DNA of 64,000 nucleotides from Octopus bimaculoides (taxonomy: Eukaryota), in assembly GCF_001194135.2 (NCBI RefSeq), contig NC_068993.1:64245315-64309314 (forward strand), written 5' to 3'. Both the position numbers and the translations under genes were made by a program. Positions 42,443 through 54,844 of the stretch are shown in pieces. The notes below the pieces were generated by a model, which was not told the origin of the DNA, ran no database searches, and saw nothing but the letters and a program-made list of their open reading frames with translations. Each line of letters opens with the position of its first letter. The first letter of the stretch is position 1.

Positions 42443-42858
42443 TTCAGGCAATTACGAAAGGCCATCAAGACCAAATTCCCAGGAAAAGTGATAAAAGGTG
42501 TTTTGTTTGAGCAGGACAATGCTCCAGCATTTCAATGGCTGCTGAGTGCGAGTGCAGCTTTAAACTGTTCGACCAGTCTTCTTACTCTCCTGTTTTGTCT
42601 TTATCTGACTATCATCTCTTATCTGACATAAAAAGAAACGCACTTCCTGGGAAGCAGTGTCGTAGTGATAACGAAGTTATATCTGCTGTTGATAACCTTT
42701 TCGACCAACGGGATGACAACCTCTTCACCAATGGGATCCAAGCACTGCAACACCGATGTGTACCGCAACAGGAACTATGTTGAAAAGGAAATTTCATTTG
42801 GTCGCATTGCATGAGAGTATATTATTCAGCCTACGAACTGTTCGACCGACTGTCGTGC
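42440..42858 (+). mobile_element. Mariner (DD34D) transposase relic, C-terminal half plus probable TIR
   Basis: RQLRKAIKTKFPGKVIKGVLFEQDNAPA / DQSSYSPVLSLSDYHLL..GKQCRSDNEVISAV..FTNGIQALQHR / NYVEK. These are the mariner QDNAPxH, YSPDLAPSD and YVEK motifs, broken by frameshifts. Confidence 0.88.
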
Positions 42859-45219
42859 CTATTCTAAAGAGGCTTCGAATTGGCAGAAACGGTAGAGAAT
42901 CGGATTGAATATTGTATGATAAAGTTTGACACAGTTTATAAACGAATAATATGGAGGCTAGTTTCAGTGTCTTCAAAATGTATCCGCTTTCGTATCACAT
43001 TTTGATCTAGCTCTAATAAATTATTCATTAAAATGTAATTTGTTATAAATCACATGATAAACAAATAAAGAAAGTTATACGCTTTGATATTGAGTTACGA
43101 TATCACAGACCTACTTCTATGGAGTCAACCTATATGCCATCTTCTTTCCTGTTTTATGAGAAAATTCTATTTTTAATATTAAAATATTTAAAGAATTTCA
43201 TTAAGTTCTAGGTATGCAAAGATTCTCTGAAATTTTGGCATCGATACATTGAACGTAAATAAGTCATAATGGTTAAAAAAGAGCTTCCTCTTTTTAACTT
43301 ACATTTAAAAAGCTCCTGCGAAATGCATAAACTGTGCAGTTGTGTATTGAGAGAAGCAAAGACAGTATTTTTACCTCTTTTCAGGACATCACAGATTGGT
43401 GGCAGGAAGAAGGGAAGTTATCTCCTGATGGAACGCTTTTCAGATGCTCGCAACTGAACAGATTCCGCTAAATGCCTCGCCTAACCACTAGGCTGAGAAG
43501 TTGAAGAGGATTATAGATGATATCCGTTCCCTAAGAAACCGAACAATCTTTCCGACGTTCTTCCATGCTATTGCTGCCTATTAAATATCGCTCACAATGC
43601 CTGAAGTTCACCCGAACTTATACTAAGATATACTTGTCCAACATAGCACACACTGGTGTTAAATTCCATACTGTTTCGTTGCATAGCTTCTTCTTGAGCA
43701 CGCAGCTATGTCTGCTAAATATGCCCTTCTCCTCCGTCTTTTCTCCGATGTTTACTTGCTTTTTCTAATGATATTTATTTACTACCTGATCAAAACTCTA
43801 TGCCACGACTTAAGATACCCCAGACAGAACTAAAACACTGTGAAAGAATGAGGATACGAAGAGTCTCTATTCTTCAGACTTAAGCTATTCTCTCTGTCCA
43901 AATAGCGGAGCTACAAAATTTTATCATATTATAGTTGTGAATCTGCTGTTCCACTTAGTTTCAATTAAACGAAATTACGAATACTCGTCCACAGTGTTTG
44001 TAGCTACGAAATCTCTGAGGATTTGGTTTGCATGAAAGAGTTAATATTTCCCCAGCAATATTTACGATCTTCTAAATTACAAATCTGATGTAACGAAAAT
44101 AAAATCGCATTATCGAGTAATATTTTATTCTAAATTTAATTGTCAGGTGAATGCCTATGACCTTAACCCTTTTCTTCTTATCTTCTTTTTCACATCTAAG
44201 ACTTTTCTGAATGTATTTTTGTGGTCAAAGTGAAAAGTGAGCTTCCTTAATGACATTATTAGGAAAATCCGGTTAGAACCAGTACAGATAATACGAGGAA
44301 GGATTACTGACCGCAGCCAATAAACTGTCCATGAAATTTCGGGTTCAGTTTTGATAAATTCCATGTTTGAAACGTGACGGATTTATGATTATTTTAGAGA
44401 CGTTGCTGGATGCAAATCTGAGCAATAAAATTATTTGCCATTGATAATGTGTATTAAGAATTTATTTATTGACTATGAACTACATTTAACATAGAAAGAG
44501 TTCTGAAAATTTTCTCCTATATGAAACGTACTAAAATAGGAAGTATTAAATTTCTCCCGTGTTCCATTGTATTTGAAATTGTCCAAAATTACATTGATTG
44601 CTTAATCGAACATGTGGGTGCAGTAAAGTACAGGAAATAATAACAAAATGCAGCAAAGAGCAACACCTGGTCTCCATTCTGTCACTATTTGTACTCACTA
44701 ACAGACTTTCTATTAGCTCTATTCCACCAATGCATTACAATCATCTTTCGTATCCACTTAATAAAATAGATTTTTCAATTGCTACGACTGCGAATGATAT
44801 TCTAAACTTATCATAACATCCTTTTAGATTTATGTGTTCGTTGACAGTTATCTCTATAACTCTAAACAGCTTTCATAATTATATAGCTGTCAATAGATAG
44901 CCGGAAAGCAAAATGGCTACCAGGGTTATGCAATATAATGTATCGTAAGTTCAACTCTACCATAAGTATTTCATTGTACAAGATAAATTATTTAATTTTC
45001 CATTGCATTCAATTACGTAGCTGCGGAGAATAAATTCAAAATTATTGTACAAAACACTTCATAGATTTTGCCCGCGAGAATTGGAGTCGTTAGAGAACCT
45101 CTCACTGCTTTAGTCTTCAGCTTACTTGGGAGATTATACGCGCACGTATACATATACATATATACATATATATGTACATATGTCTATATGATGGACGTAT
45201 GAGGGTTCGACAATTTATT

Positions 45220-45474
45220 ACCGAACAACCACACAGATGATTTGTTTATAGCGATCAAATGTTTGTGTAGACATAAGCTCACTCTCTCCATCAAATCGAC
45301 AATACCTGCACAGATGCAACTGAGTGCCACATGTCAGATGTCGGAATGATCACAGAGCAACGTGAAATGAAGTGCTTTGCTCAATAGCACAACGCAACGC
45401 TCAGTCTGCGAATCGAACCCACGATCTCGCAAACGTGAGTGCAATACCCTTACCACTCAGCCATGCACCTTCAC
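45220..45474 (-). mobile_element. tRNA-derived SINE (A-box TGGCTGAGTGG, B-box GGTTCGATTCG)
   Basis: Minus strand TGTGAAGGTGCATGGCTGAGTGGTAAGGGTATTGCACTCACGTTTGCGAGATCGTGGGTTCGATTCGCAGAC, then TTGAGCAAAGCACTTCATTTCACGTTGCTC, the module shared with 32040-32079. 3' boundary uncertain. Confidence 0.75.
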
Positions 45475-46317
45475 ATGTATAAATGTATCAAACCCAAACT
45501 GTAATATTTAATTCGTTTATTGGCATCATTGCTTCTTTACATAAGAATGTATGAGTGTGTTTGTGTGTGTATGCGTATGCATGTGTGCATGGGCGCGCGT
45601 GCGTGTGTGTGTGTCTGAAAGTGTAAGAGTGTCAGAGTTGAAAACACTTTGCATTTTGAATTGCTGCTGGTGCGACTCGAACGTTCGCTCGCTCTAGAAG
45701 CCTCACCAATTTTCTTTCCTTGTTGATTCTAGTGAAGTTCTTTCGGTTACAAGTATTCGAAACTGTCTCGTGTTTGTCGATAATTTTCCCTTTTTCTTCT
45801 TATCATTCTCTGGGGTTCTAAGAAATAAAGCGCTTAGGCACTGTTCCATCCTTATGTTACTAATCGGGCGCATATATCTATAGATTCGCACGTATACACA
45901 ATAAATGTAACATAAATTGATCCATACATAGACATACATACGTGCATAAAACTTGGATAATATAGCACAAAACTAATGATTGTAAGTAAAGCATGACACA
46001 TAAAATACATTATATGATAATGGCACCCATCAAAATGTATTTTAGCATTTTCGTGTGATGTGTTCTGATGCGAGTAGTTCAAGAGATAACTCACTTCTGG
46101 CGCTAGCAAATGGAAAAATCTATGAAGATGCAAATAGTGTCGTTCAGCTGTCTGTAGATGGCGCTCTAATGACAATTTAGGATTGTTGCGTGACATTTTT
46201 TTCTTGTTTCCTTCTTGTTTCAATTATCAAAGGAGTGGTTCTAAGACATACCAATATGAAGTGTTGTAAAAACATAGGAAACTTTTTCATTTACACACGC
46301 ACGCACACACACACACA

Positions 46318-46358
<41 letters not shown>

Positions 46359-48030
46359 AGGTTGAAGTGCTCACAAAGTCAAACTTCTATAGTTAATGAG
46401 ACAGAGATATACGTTGTCAGACGCACAGGCACACAAACATACATGCAAAGAAATACAGAAACCTACTCAAATAACATGCTTTCATGCATACTACCTATAA
46501 AGGAACCGAACGATTATAAAGAACTCTTCTATTCTTTCATAAATACATTCGAAGACACTATTATTGCAAAGTTAAAACTGAATGACATGCAAACTGTACA
46601 GTTGTCATTCTTGTTAGTCAGATGGTGTTACGTATTAATTTATTTGGAAGAACTTACGTTTAAGATCTGTCTTTGGTTGAACGATGGACGGCACGTTGAA
46701 GCTAAGTAATTTGTATCTTGTTACATCCAAGTAGCATTAGTTTTTGTTGTTGTTTAATCCAGATAAGTTATTTCCGATTATACATTTGATCAAAGTTGTT
46801 CAAGCTATAACCAAACAGTCATTGTTTTTTCTCTCAGGCATAAACCATCTTGAACTCTGTTATCCAATGAAATTTTAGATATCATTTTTTAAAGACAGTA
46901 GAATCTGAGTTGAAGGAAAAAATTCCTGCTATTTTTATTAAATCGGTCAACCATGGATAGTCTTTCTCATTGAACTCGAACATACAGATGACAGCATGTG
47001 AATGGCAGAATCTATTTTTCTACTGATTAGTATTTACAATTCTGCCGCCAACCAGGTGCTGCGAGTAACATTTAAGCCAATATACTTAAGTGCTATGTAG
47101 TATTGTTAGCAACTTTGTTAACTTAATATTACATGGGTATTCATTCTAATCAAATGTCGCAGACATATAAGAAATTTATGTATTCATAAAATACGTAAAT
47201 TCAATCAATGTCTTCACAGAAGATAAAAAAAAAAGTGGCAATAATTGGAATGGAATAATATAGAATCTAATCTCTGAAACCTAATTTCAAGCAAGTAACA
47301 TTGCATATTACAACGATATTCGAACCAGAGGTGGTGCACTCATAAATTTATTTTCTTTCTAATAATAAAATAGAGACAAATAAAATGTGAACTACCTTTT
47401 ATAGAACTCAGAGCAAAAACCAGAAATATCAATTTCAAAATTAAGTGTTATTCCTAGTGGTGGAACGAATGCTATTTCTGTGTAAAAGGTAACTATTTCT
47501 AAAGATAAGCAATATTATGTTATGCTACTATTGTGTGTCAAACAATTCGAGCGCTATCATGGCGCTGGACAGCATTAGAGTAACGCTAGCGAAATTATAT
47601 AATCCCCATAATGCACCACTCTAGGGAAATATATAAGGGTCATGTTTACTGAATATCCTAGATATCACTGAGATATTCAACGTGTCAAAATATAGAAATA
47701 AGTTTTAATGTGTATGCGGTAAGTAATATATATGTGTGCGTGTGTGTGTGTGTGTGTGCACATAAATACAACCACGCGCACTCAATGCACTCAAACACAT
47801 AAGTATACACTTGAAATTTTAGTAGCTGTAGTATATATATTAAATAATCAAGGATAAAATCTTTATAAGATTTTATCAAGTAGCCAGCATGTAATGAACC
47901 ATATAGATAATCTATCTATCTATCTATACATGACCATGTATATATGTGTTTGTGTGTGTTTGTGTGTATGTGTGTGTATGTGTTTTGTGTGTATGAGAGA
48001 GAGAGTGTGTGAGAGAGAGAGAGAGTGAGA

Positions 48031-48072
<42 letters not shown>

Positions 48073-48686
48073 GAGAGAAATAAAAAGATTTCCAATGATG
48101 TTTCTGATGTATTCTCTGCTGGTGAGGAAGGACTGGACACATACGTTGCTTTTACATCTTTTACCATTAGTTAGAATTTTTTTCTCCCGGTAACTGCAGT
48201 GAATGTGCCTTTAGAAGTCAAAATATGTCGTAAACATATATTAACTATCCTTAAAGTTTGTTTCTATGAATGTGAGAGTTTAGCACAAAGGTTCATAGCA
48301 CATTATGAACAATATTGTTATNNNNNNNNNNNNNNNNNNNNNNNNNNNNNNNNNNNNNNNNNNNNNNNNNNNNNNNNNNNNNNNNNNNNNNNNNNNNNNN
48401 NNNNNNNNNNNNNNNNNNNNNNNNNNNNNNNNNNNNNNNNNNNNNNNNNNNNNNNNNNNNNNNNNNNNNNNNNNNNNNNNNNNNNATATATATATATATA
48501 TATATATATATAAAGGATATGAGGAGTTTTCGTTAAGATGACTTAAATTCACTGGTACAACACTTAAATACCACAGATAAAAGGGCATAATAATAATAAG
48601 CAAATATTAAATGAAATAGACATACTATTGACAAGCTAAAAATTTATTTGCATTGTATATAATATAAGTTCAGATAACATAACATA

Positions 48687-48958
48687 ACAATTCTATATTT
48701 AAGATATGAGGAATTATATACATTATCTACATTATTTACAATTCACGGATATTTGTCCTCATCTTATTTGTTGTTAACACAACGTTTCGGCTGATATACC
48801 CTCCAGCCTTCATCAGGTGTCTTGGGGAAATTTCGAACCTGGGTTCTCATTCCTAAGCTATTCTTGGATGCTGTTATTATTATTATTATTATTGTTCGGG
48901 TCACTGCTTGGAATCGAACTCGGAATCTTAACCACTATACTATATGCCCGTGGGCATA
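48687..48958 (-). mobile_element. Small tRNA-headed SINE-like element carrying the hammerhead ribozyme
   Basis: Minus strand order: A-box-like TAGTATAGTGG, B-box GAGTTCGATTCC (48921-48910), short (TAA)n tract, unique body with the hammerhead, AT-rich 3' tail. Boundaries approximate. Confidence 0.65.
48776..48821 (-). ncRNA. Minimal type I hammerhead ribozyme (self-cleaving RNA motif)
   Basis: Minus strand reads GACAC-CUGAUGA-A-GGCUG(GAGGGUAUAU)CAGCC-GAAA-CG-UU-GUGUU. The CUGAUGA and GAAA cores are intact. Stem I is GACAC/GUGUU (5 bp incl. one G-U), stem II is GGCUG/CAGCC (5 bp), stem III is the palindrome ACGU, and the cleavage triplet is GUU. Folded by hand. Confidence 0.8.
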
Positions 48959-50528
48959 ACATAAAAAAAATTCTCAAAAAACACATATAAAGCCAACAAT
49001 TTGTTTCGACTTATATACAGTAGTGAATTTATAAAAAAAATTCCTCTCTATGTATACGAGCGTCTTCGGGTCTTTGATTAAAAAAAAAGAAAAAATACTA
49101 AATTCCTTGTAAGGACTACAAACTGCAAAAACAACAAAATTCAAATGTCAGACTTGATAGATGTAAGGAGTTGAGGAAGTTGGAAGAGAGTTTTGTGAAC
49201 TGAAGAGTTTGTGACAGAAAATAAAAGGAATGACTAGAATTTAATATGTGGGAAAGATTTTTAGATAATAAACTCGCTTGAACTGAAAAACTGTGAACTT
49301 GTATTGATTTGCCTTCCCGTTCAGAAAACCCAGGATTGACTAAAACCTTTTTCAATTAAATTTATTAAGTTTGAAATATATAAATTCTATGAAAATTCGC
49401 CGGAGCCGTTCGTCTTCTTGAGTCTATTCTTAATCGTTAGTCCGATTTCGAATAACTGCCTAAGCCTTGTGTACATTTAATGGATTCCACACTGTTTCAG
49501 TCATTCCGGCCAAGTTTGAAGCATTTTTCCTTTCTTTCTTCAACCAGAATTTAAGACGTTGAAATGGCCATGGGTGATGACCTACTCTCACTAAGTATAT
49601 TCAACGGCAATACAATATTCAATCAAATACATTAGACGAAATGAAGGTTTGTACCTGGCAAATGACTGTGAAAATCTTCATGTTACTCTGTCTCTCAATG
49701 TTTAGAGATTAAGAAAAGTTCTGAAATCCGTTATCGACATGTGTGATTATTATACATTCCGACTAATTTATCACTCAACACAATTACCAGCATGCAAATT
49801 AGATTGCATTAATGCAGAATCTTCCGTAATTGCTTCCATCGGAAGGGAGGAACCATGTATATGCATATACGAACACAACATACATTCACTCATACTTATA
49901 TATGTGTATATGGCTATGTATTTGTGCATGTATACACCATACAAACATATACACATATGTATGTATTTATGTATGAATGTATGAATGTATGAATGTATGA
50001 ATGTATGTACGTATGTATGTATGAATAGGCAACGAGATCTATTGATCAACAGGTAAATGAAATTCCATTACAATAATTAGGTTGATTCATTAAGATTAAA
50101 TACAATTATCTTTGGGATTCTGATTGAGCAAATGCTCTTTTGTTTATATTTTAATTCTTATATATTTTTATTTCCTTAATTTAGTTTCTATTTGTATATT
50201 TTTCAGATTTTTCTTTCAGTGTGAGACTAATGAAAGGAAACTAATATACCAAAATGATTATGAAATGAATAGTTAAGATTTTCATGATAAAAGGCTCATT
50301 CAACTCTAGATGTTTATTGGCTCACGTTTTCGGTTCATTATTTTGGTGGTAGTAAATTAAGACGTGATTTTTAGTGTTCAAATGAATTTATGAAGATTTC
50401 TAACAGGTTCTGTATAAAGACTGATTGGATAATATATTTTAAGATATATAAATAAAGGGAAACGGTTGATTTTTAGCTTTTTATTCTCCCTCATTCTGAA
50501 CTCCTACTGTTAATTACATACAAGTACT

Positions 50529-50748
50529 AAGGTGACGAGCTGGAGGAGACGGTAGCACAACAGCAGAAATGATCAGCGGTATTTCGTCTGTCTTTATGCT
50601 TTGAGTTCAAGTTCCGCCGAGGTCAACTTTGCTTTTCATCATTTCGGTGTCGATAAATTAAATACCATTTGCGTACTGGATTCGATCTAATCGATTGGCA
50701 CCCGCCCCCAAAAATTTTGGGCCTTGTACCTTGAGTAGAAAAGAATTA
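50529..50748 (+). mobile_element. SINE family A copy
   Basis: GACGAGCTGG head, GCGGTATTTCGTC, GAGTTCAAGTTCCGCCGAGGTCAACTTTGC, GTCGATAAATTAAATACCA, GGGCCTTGTACC tail. Confidence 0.8.
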
Positions 50749-52139
50749 CATATAAGATATTTTTTCTATAATATTGCACACATCTTCCTTTTCTTCTTCC
50801 TTTTTTTCTTCTTTTTCTTTACGGGCGAGACAAAACGGGAATGATAGAAGAGAAGCCTGTGTGTGACGAAACGTGTTGTGTTAATGTGCGCATGCGTGTT
50901 GGTGAAAACAAAAACTGACTTGCGTTGTTGGGTATGGGAAACACAGAGTTAAAAATGTTAGACAAAGTGCTAGAAGACAGATTGATTGTTCTCACTGATA
51001 ACGGGAGGCAGAAGTACAGGCATAATCATTTGACTGCAGGACAAATTTCTTAGTCCTATTTACTTACATCCTGAAACTTATCCGTTCATTGAATATACGC
51101 ACGTTTCTTATTCTGTAGACTTGTAGCTGTTCTTCAAATTGAAGAGGTCAAAAAGCTTCGACATCTTACAAGTAATCTTCACATAGCCAATACCATACGG
51201 CTTTGATGTTCAATTTCGTCCATTTATGCTCCCCTTTAAAGCTTTTTCATAAAGATAAGGAGCGTTACAACCTTTTCGATTCCGTTCTCGTTAAATAATT
51301 GATGATAATGTATGGAAATCGATATTAATATCGTTGATGCTGTTGTTTTATTCTTATATATTTCACTACCACCTGCTAATAGCTCTCAATTTATCGATTT
51401 AGTTCTGCTTCTAATTGCTCACTATGTGGTATAAATAAGAGATGTGTGTATTGTGGCGGTGGTGGAGGGTGGAGCATAAAGAAGGTGGGAGTAATGGAGG
51501 ATAGGATGAGGGGGGAAAAGTATATAATACAACAAAGCTGATACAAATAAACTTTGATCCAGCAAATTTAAAAGCAAAAACTTCTGGAGGGGGTTTGTGA
51601 TGTAGTAGTAGAAATACGGGTGAAATTAGTTGTGAGGGTGAGTTCGGATCTAAAGCAAAATATCATTCGATGAACTGTTGTTTTAGGCATTTGTTTGACA
51701 AAGATTACAGATAATGGATTAATTTTTCCGATAGATAACCTCTCTTAAATAATGAAAAATAATTTTTAAAAACATGTACCATAAAATTTAAAAGAAATGA
51801 AACAAAGAATTAAAATCAAATATAAAAATAAACAAATTAGCTGAAACTGTTGAATTTCGCAAAATTTTCCCTTTTTGCTTTCATTTCTTTGTTTCGATGT
51901 ATGCGCGTGTTTGTTACGTGAATGTATGTATGTGTTTACTCCTGTATATTCGTTGTTACGCATTGAAAACTGGAAATTATCGAGTGCCTTTTTCTACATG
52001 AATATCATATTATATGTTGTAGGAAAGAATTGTAAAGTACATCAATAAGCTCTGATGTTTATTTCTGTGGTGGAGGATGGCTACATTGTGTACATCTAGA
52101 TATATGTATATATATGTGTTTGTGTGTGTGTGTGTGTGT

Positions 52140-52170
<31 letters not shown>

Positions 52171-52709
52171 CGTATGTGTGTGTGTGGGTGTGTATGATGG
52201 AATATGAGCATTTATTTGAAGGTGTCTTTATATAAATATATATGTGTATATGTATAAATATATCTATGGTATGTCGTGTGAGTTTGTGCCTAACTTTATG
52301 TGAGTATATATATGTATATATATATATATANNNNNNNNNNNNNNNNNNNNNNNNNNNNNNNNNNNNNNNNNNNNNNNNNNNNNNNNNNNNNNNNNNNNNN
52401 NNNNNNNNNNNNNNNNNNNNNNNNNNNNNNNNNNNNNNNNNNNNNNNNNNNNNNNNNNNNNNNNNNNNNNNNNNNNNNNNNNNNNNNNNNNNNNNNNNNN
52501 NNNNNNNNNNNNNNNNNNNNNNNNNNNNNNNNNNNNNNNNNNNNNNNNNNNNNNNNNNNNNNNNNNNNNNNNNNNNNNNNNNNNNNNNNNNNNNNNNTAT
52601 ATATGCATATATATATATACATATATATATATAAATTATATAGGCGTCTGCATGTATATGAGTGCATGTGTATATATACTGTGTTATATTATAGATAGAT
52701 GGATCGTGA

Positions 52710-53087
52710 CACTCCGTCGGTTACGACGACGTGGGTTGCAATTGATCCGATCAACGGAACATTCTGCTCGTGAAATTAACGTGCAAGTGGCTGAGCACTC
52801 CACAGACACGTGTACCCTTAATGTAGTTCTCGGAGAGATTCAACGTGACAGAGTGTGTAACAAGGCTGGCCCTTTGAAATATAGGTACAACAGAAACAGG
52901 AAGAAAGAGTGAGAGAAGGTTGTGGTGAAAGAATACAGCAGCGTTCACCACCACTCCCTGCCGGAGCCTCGTGAAGCTTTAGGTGTTTTCGATCAATAAA
53001 CACTCACAACGCCTGGTCTGGGAATCGAAACAGCGATCCTACGACCGTGACTCCGCTGCCCTAACCACTGGGCCATTGCGCATCCAC
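52710..53087 (-). mobile_element. Full-length tRNA-derived SINE, family B
   Basis: Minus-strand 5' end GGATGCGCAATGGCCCAGTGGTTAGGGCAGCGGAGTCACGGTCGTAGGATCGCTGTTTCGATTCCCAGACC has A and B boxes at tRNA spacing. About 150 nt of its 3' part is shared with 31845-31990. Confidence 0.85.
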
Positions 53088-53140
<53 letters not shown>

Positions 53141-53277
53141 GTAGGTAGGTAGGTAGGTAGGTAGTTAGGTTGGTAGGTAGGTAGGTAGGTAGGTTGGTAG
53201 GTAGGTAGGTAGGTAGGTAGGTAGTTAGGTTGGTAGGTAGGTAGGTAGGTAGGTTGGTAGGTAGGTAGGTAGGTAGA
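53088..53277. repeat. (GATA)n-(GGTA)n with a 60-bp higher-order duplication
   Basis: 53161-53216 and 53221-53276 are identical, including the interruptions GTTAGGTT and GGTT. Confidence 0.95.
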
Positions 53278-53980
53278 TATAGACGCACATAGACATAGGT
53301 ATTTATTAATATATGTCAGTGTATGTATGCATCTATATATGCCTGTCTGCATGTTTGTATGTGTGTTGACTTATATGTATAACAATATATTTGTAAACGT
53401 ATCTCATTGTGCATGTGGCTATGTGCGTGACTCTGTGTGTATGTACGTACGTGTGCGTATATGCGGACTATAAATACATATTTATAGGGAATAGTAACAA
53501 AAAATCAACGGAAAAAGGATAATCGGTAGTCTTTTTCCAATGAAATGTACTGAAACCTCTCTCTCTCTCTCTCTTTCTCTATCACTCATACCTGCACATA
53601 CCTATCTGGATCGTTCTTTGTTTCATTGAAGGAATTGTCAGTTATTTTCTTGTATATTATCATTAGGGCAAGAAATCAATATTAAATATAATTTTCTGAA
53701 CCATGATTGTGTAAATATTCTACATTACATATATTTTATACTTCCTCCATGGTTTTGTTGATTTCTTTTCTTATAATTTTATATTTAATGCAATTTTGTA
53801 AACTAAATTCTTGTCTCTATCATTACAAATGTCAACGGAATAAACTTCGTGCTTCAGGAACGATATCAATTAGAATTTCAAACTTATTCAACTTTAAAAT
53901 TGCTTTTTTATACGCTTAGGTATGTATGTATCTATATGCATATATGTGTGCATATATATGAAAAACTGTTAAGATATATT

Positions 53981-54275
<295 letters not shown>

Positions 54276-54844
54276 TATAAATTATTTTGTTTACATTTTA
54301 AAAATGTAATGTTGTTACAAAATCAACTGCAATTGTTAACGTTAGCATTCAGTGTAACATAAAATCTATATTTTATATAAGTTATTTACATTGAAAGTTT
54401 TTCAGGAAATACTTGCTGTTCCCCACCACGTATTTTATACCTTTTCATCAAGGAGGATTAAGATGACTGTTGATATATTTTTACAAAGAGTGATAATGTT
54501 CTACAGTAATAATTGGTGTCATATATAGCTGTGACGTATCAACGTTCTTCCCTTCGACAGACACGACAAATTAACAATGAATTTGATTAACGAGTATGAA
54601 GAGAATACATACATACATACATACATACATACATACATACATACATANNNNNNNNNNGGTGGTGGTGGTGGTGTGGTGATGTTGATGGTGTTGGTGGCGC
54701 TGATGGCGGTGGTGGTGATGACGGTGGTAAACTTGCTCATGATGATCATATATAGTTGAAACATACAGAAAAACAAAAGACAAAGATAGGTGTATGAACA
54801 AGAAGCAAGTGTATTAGTTTGACGCTCGGAAAAGTGAGAACGTA

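Noticed and set aside
45400-53087. tRNA-like sequences at SINE heads (45400-45474, 48901-48945, 53010-53087)
   Set aside because: They have A/B boxes but no complete cloverleaf and run straight into SINE bodies, so they are not called tRNA genes.
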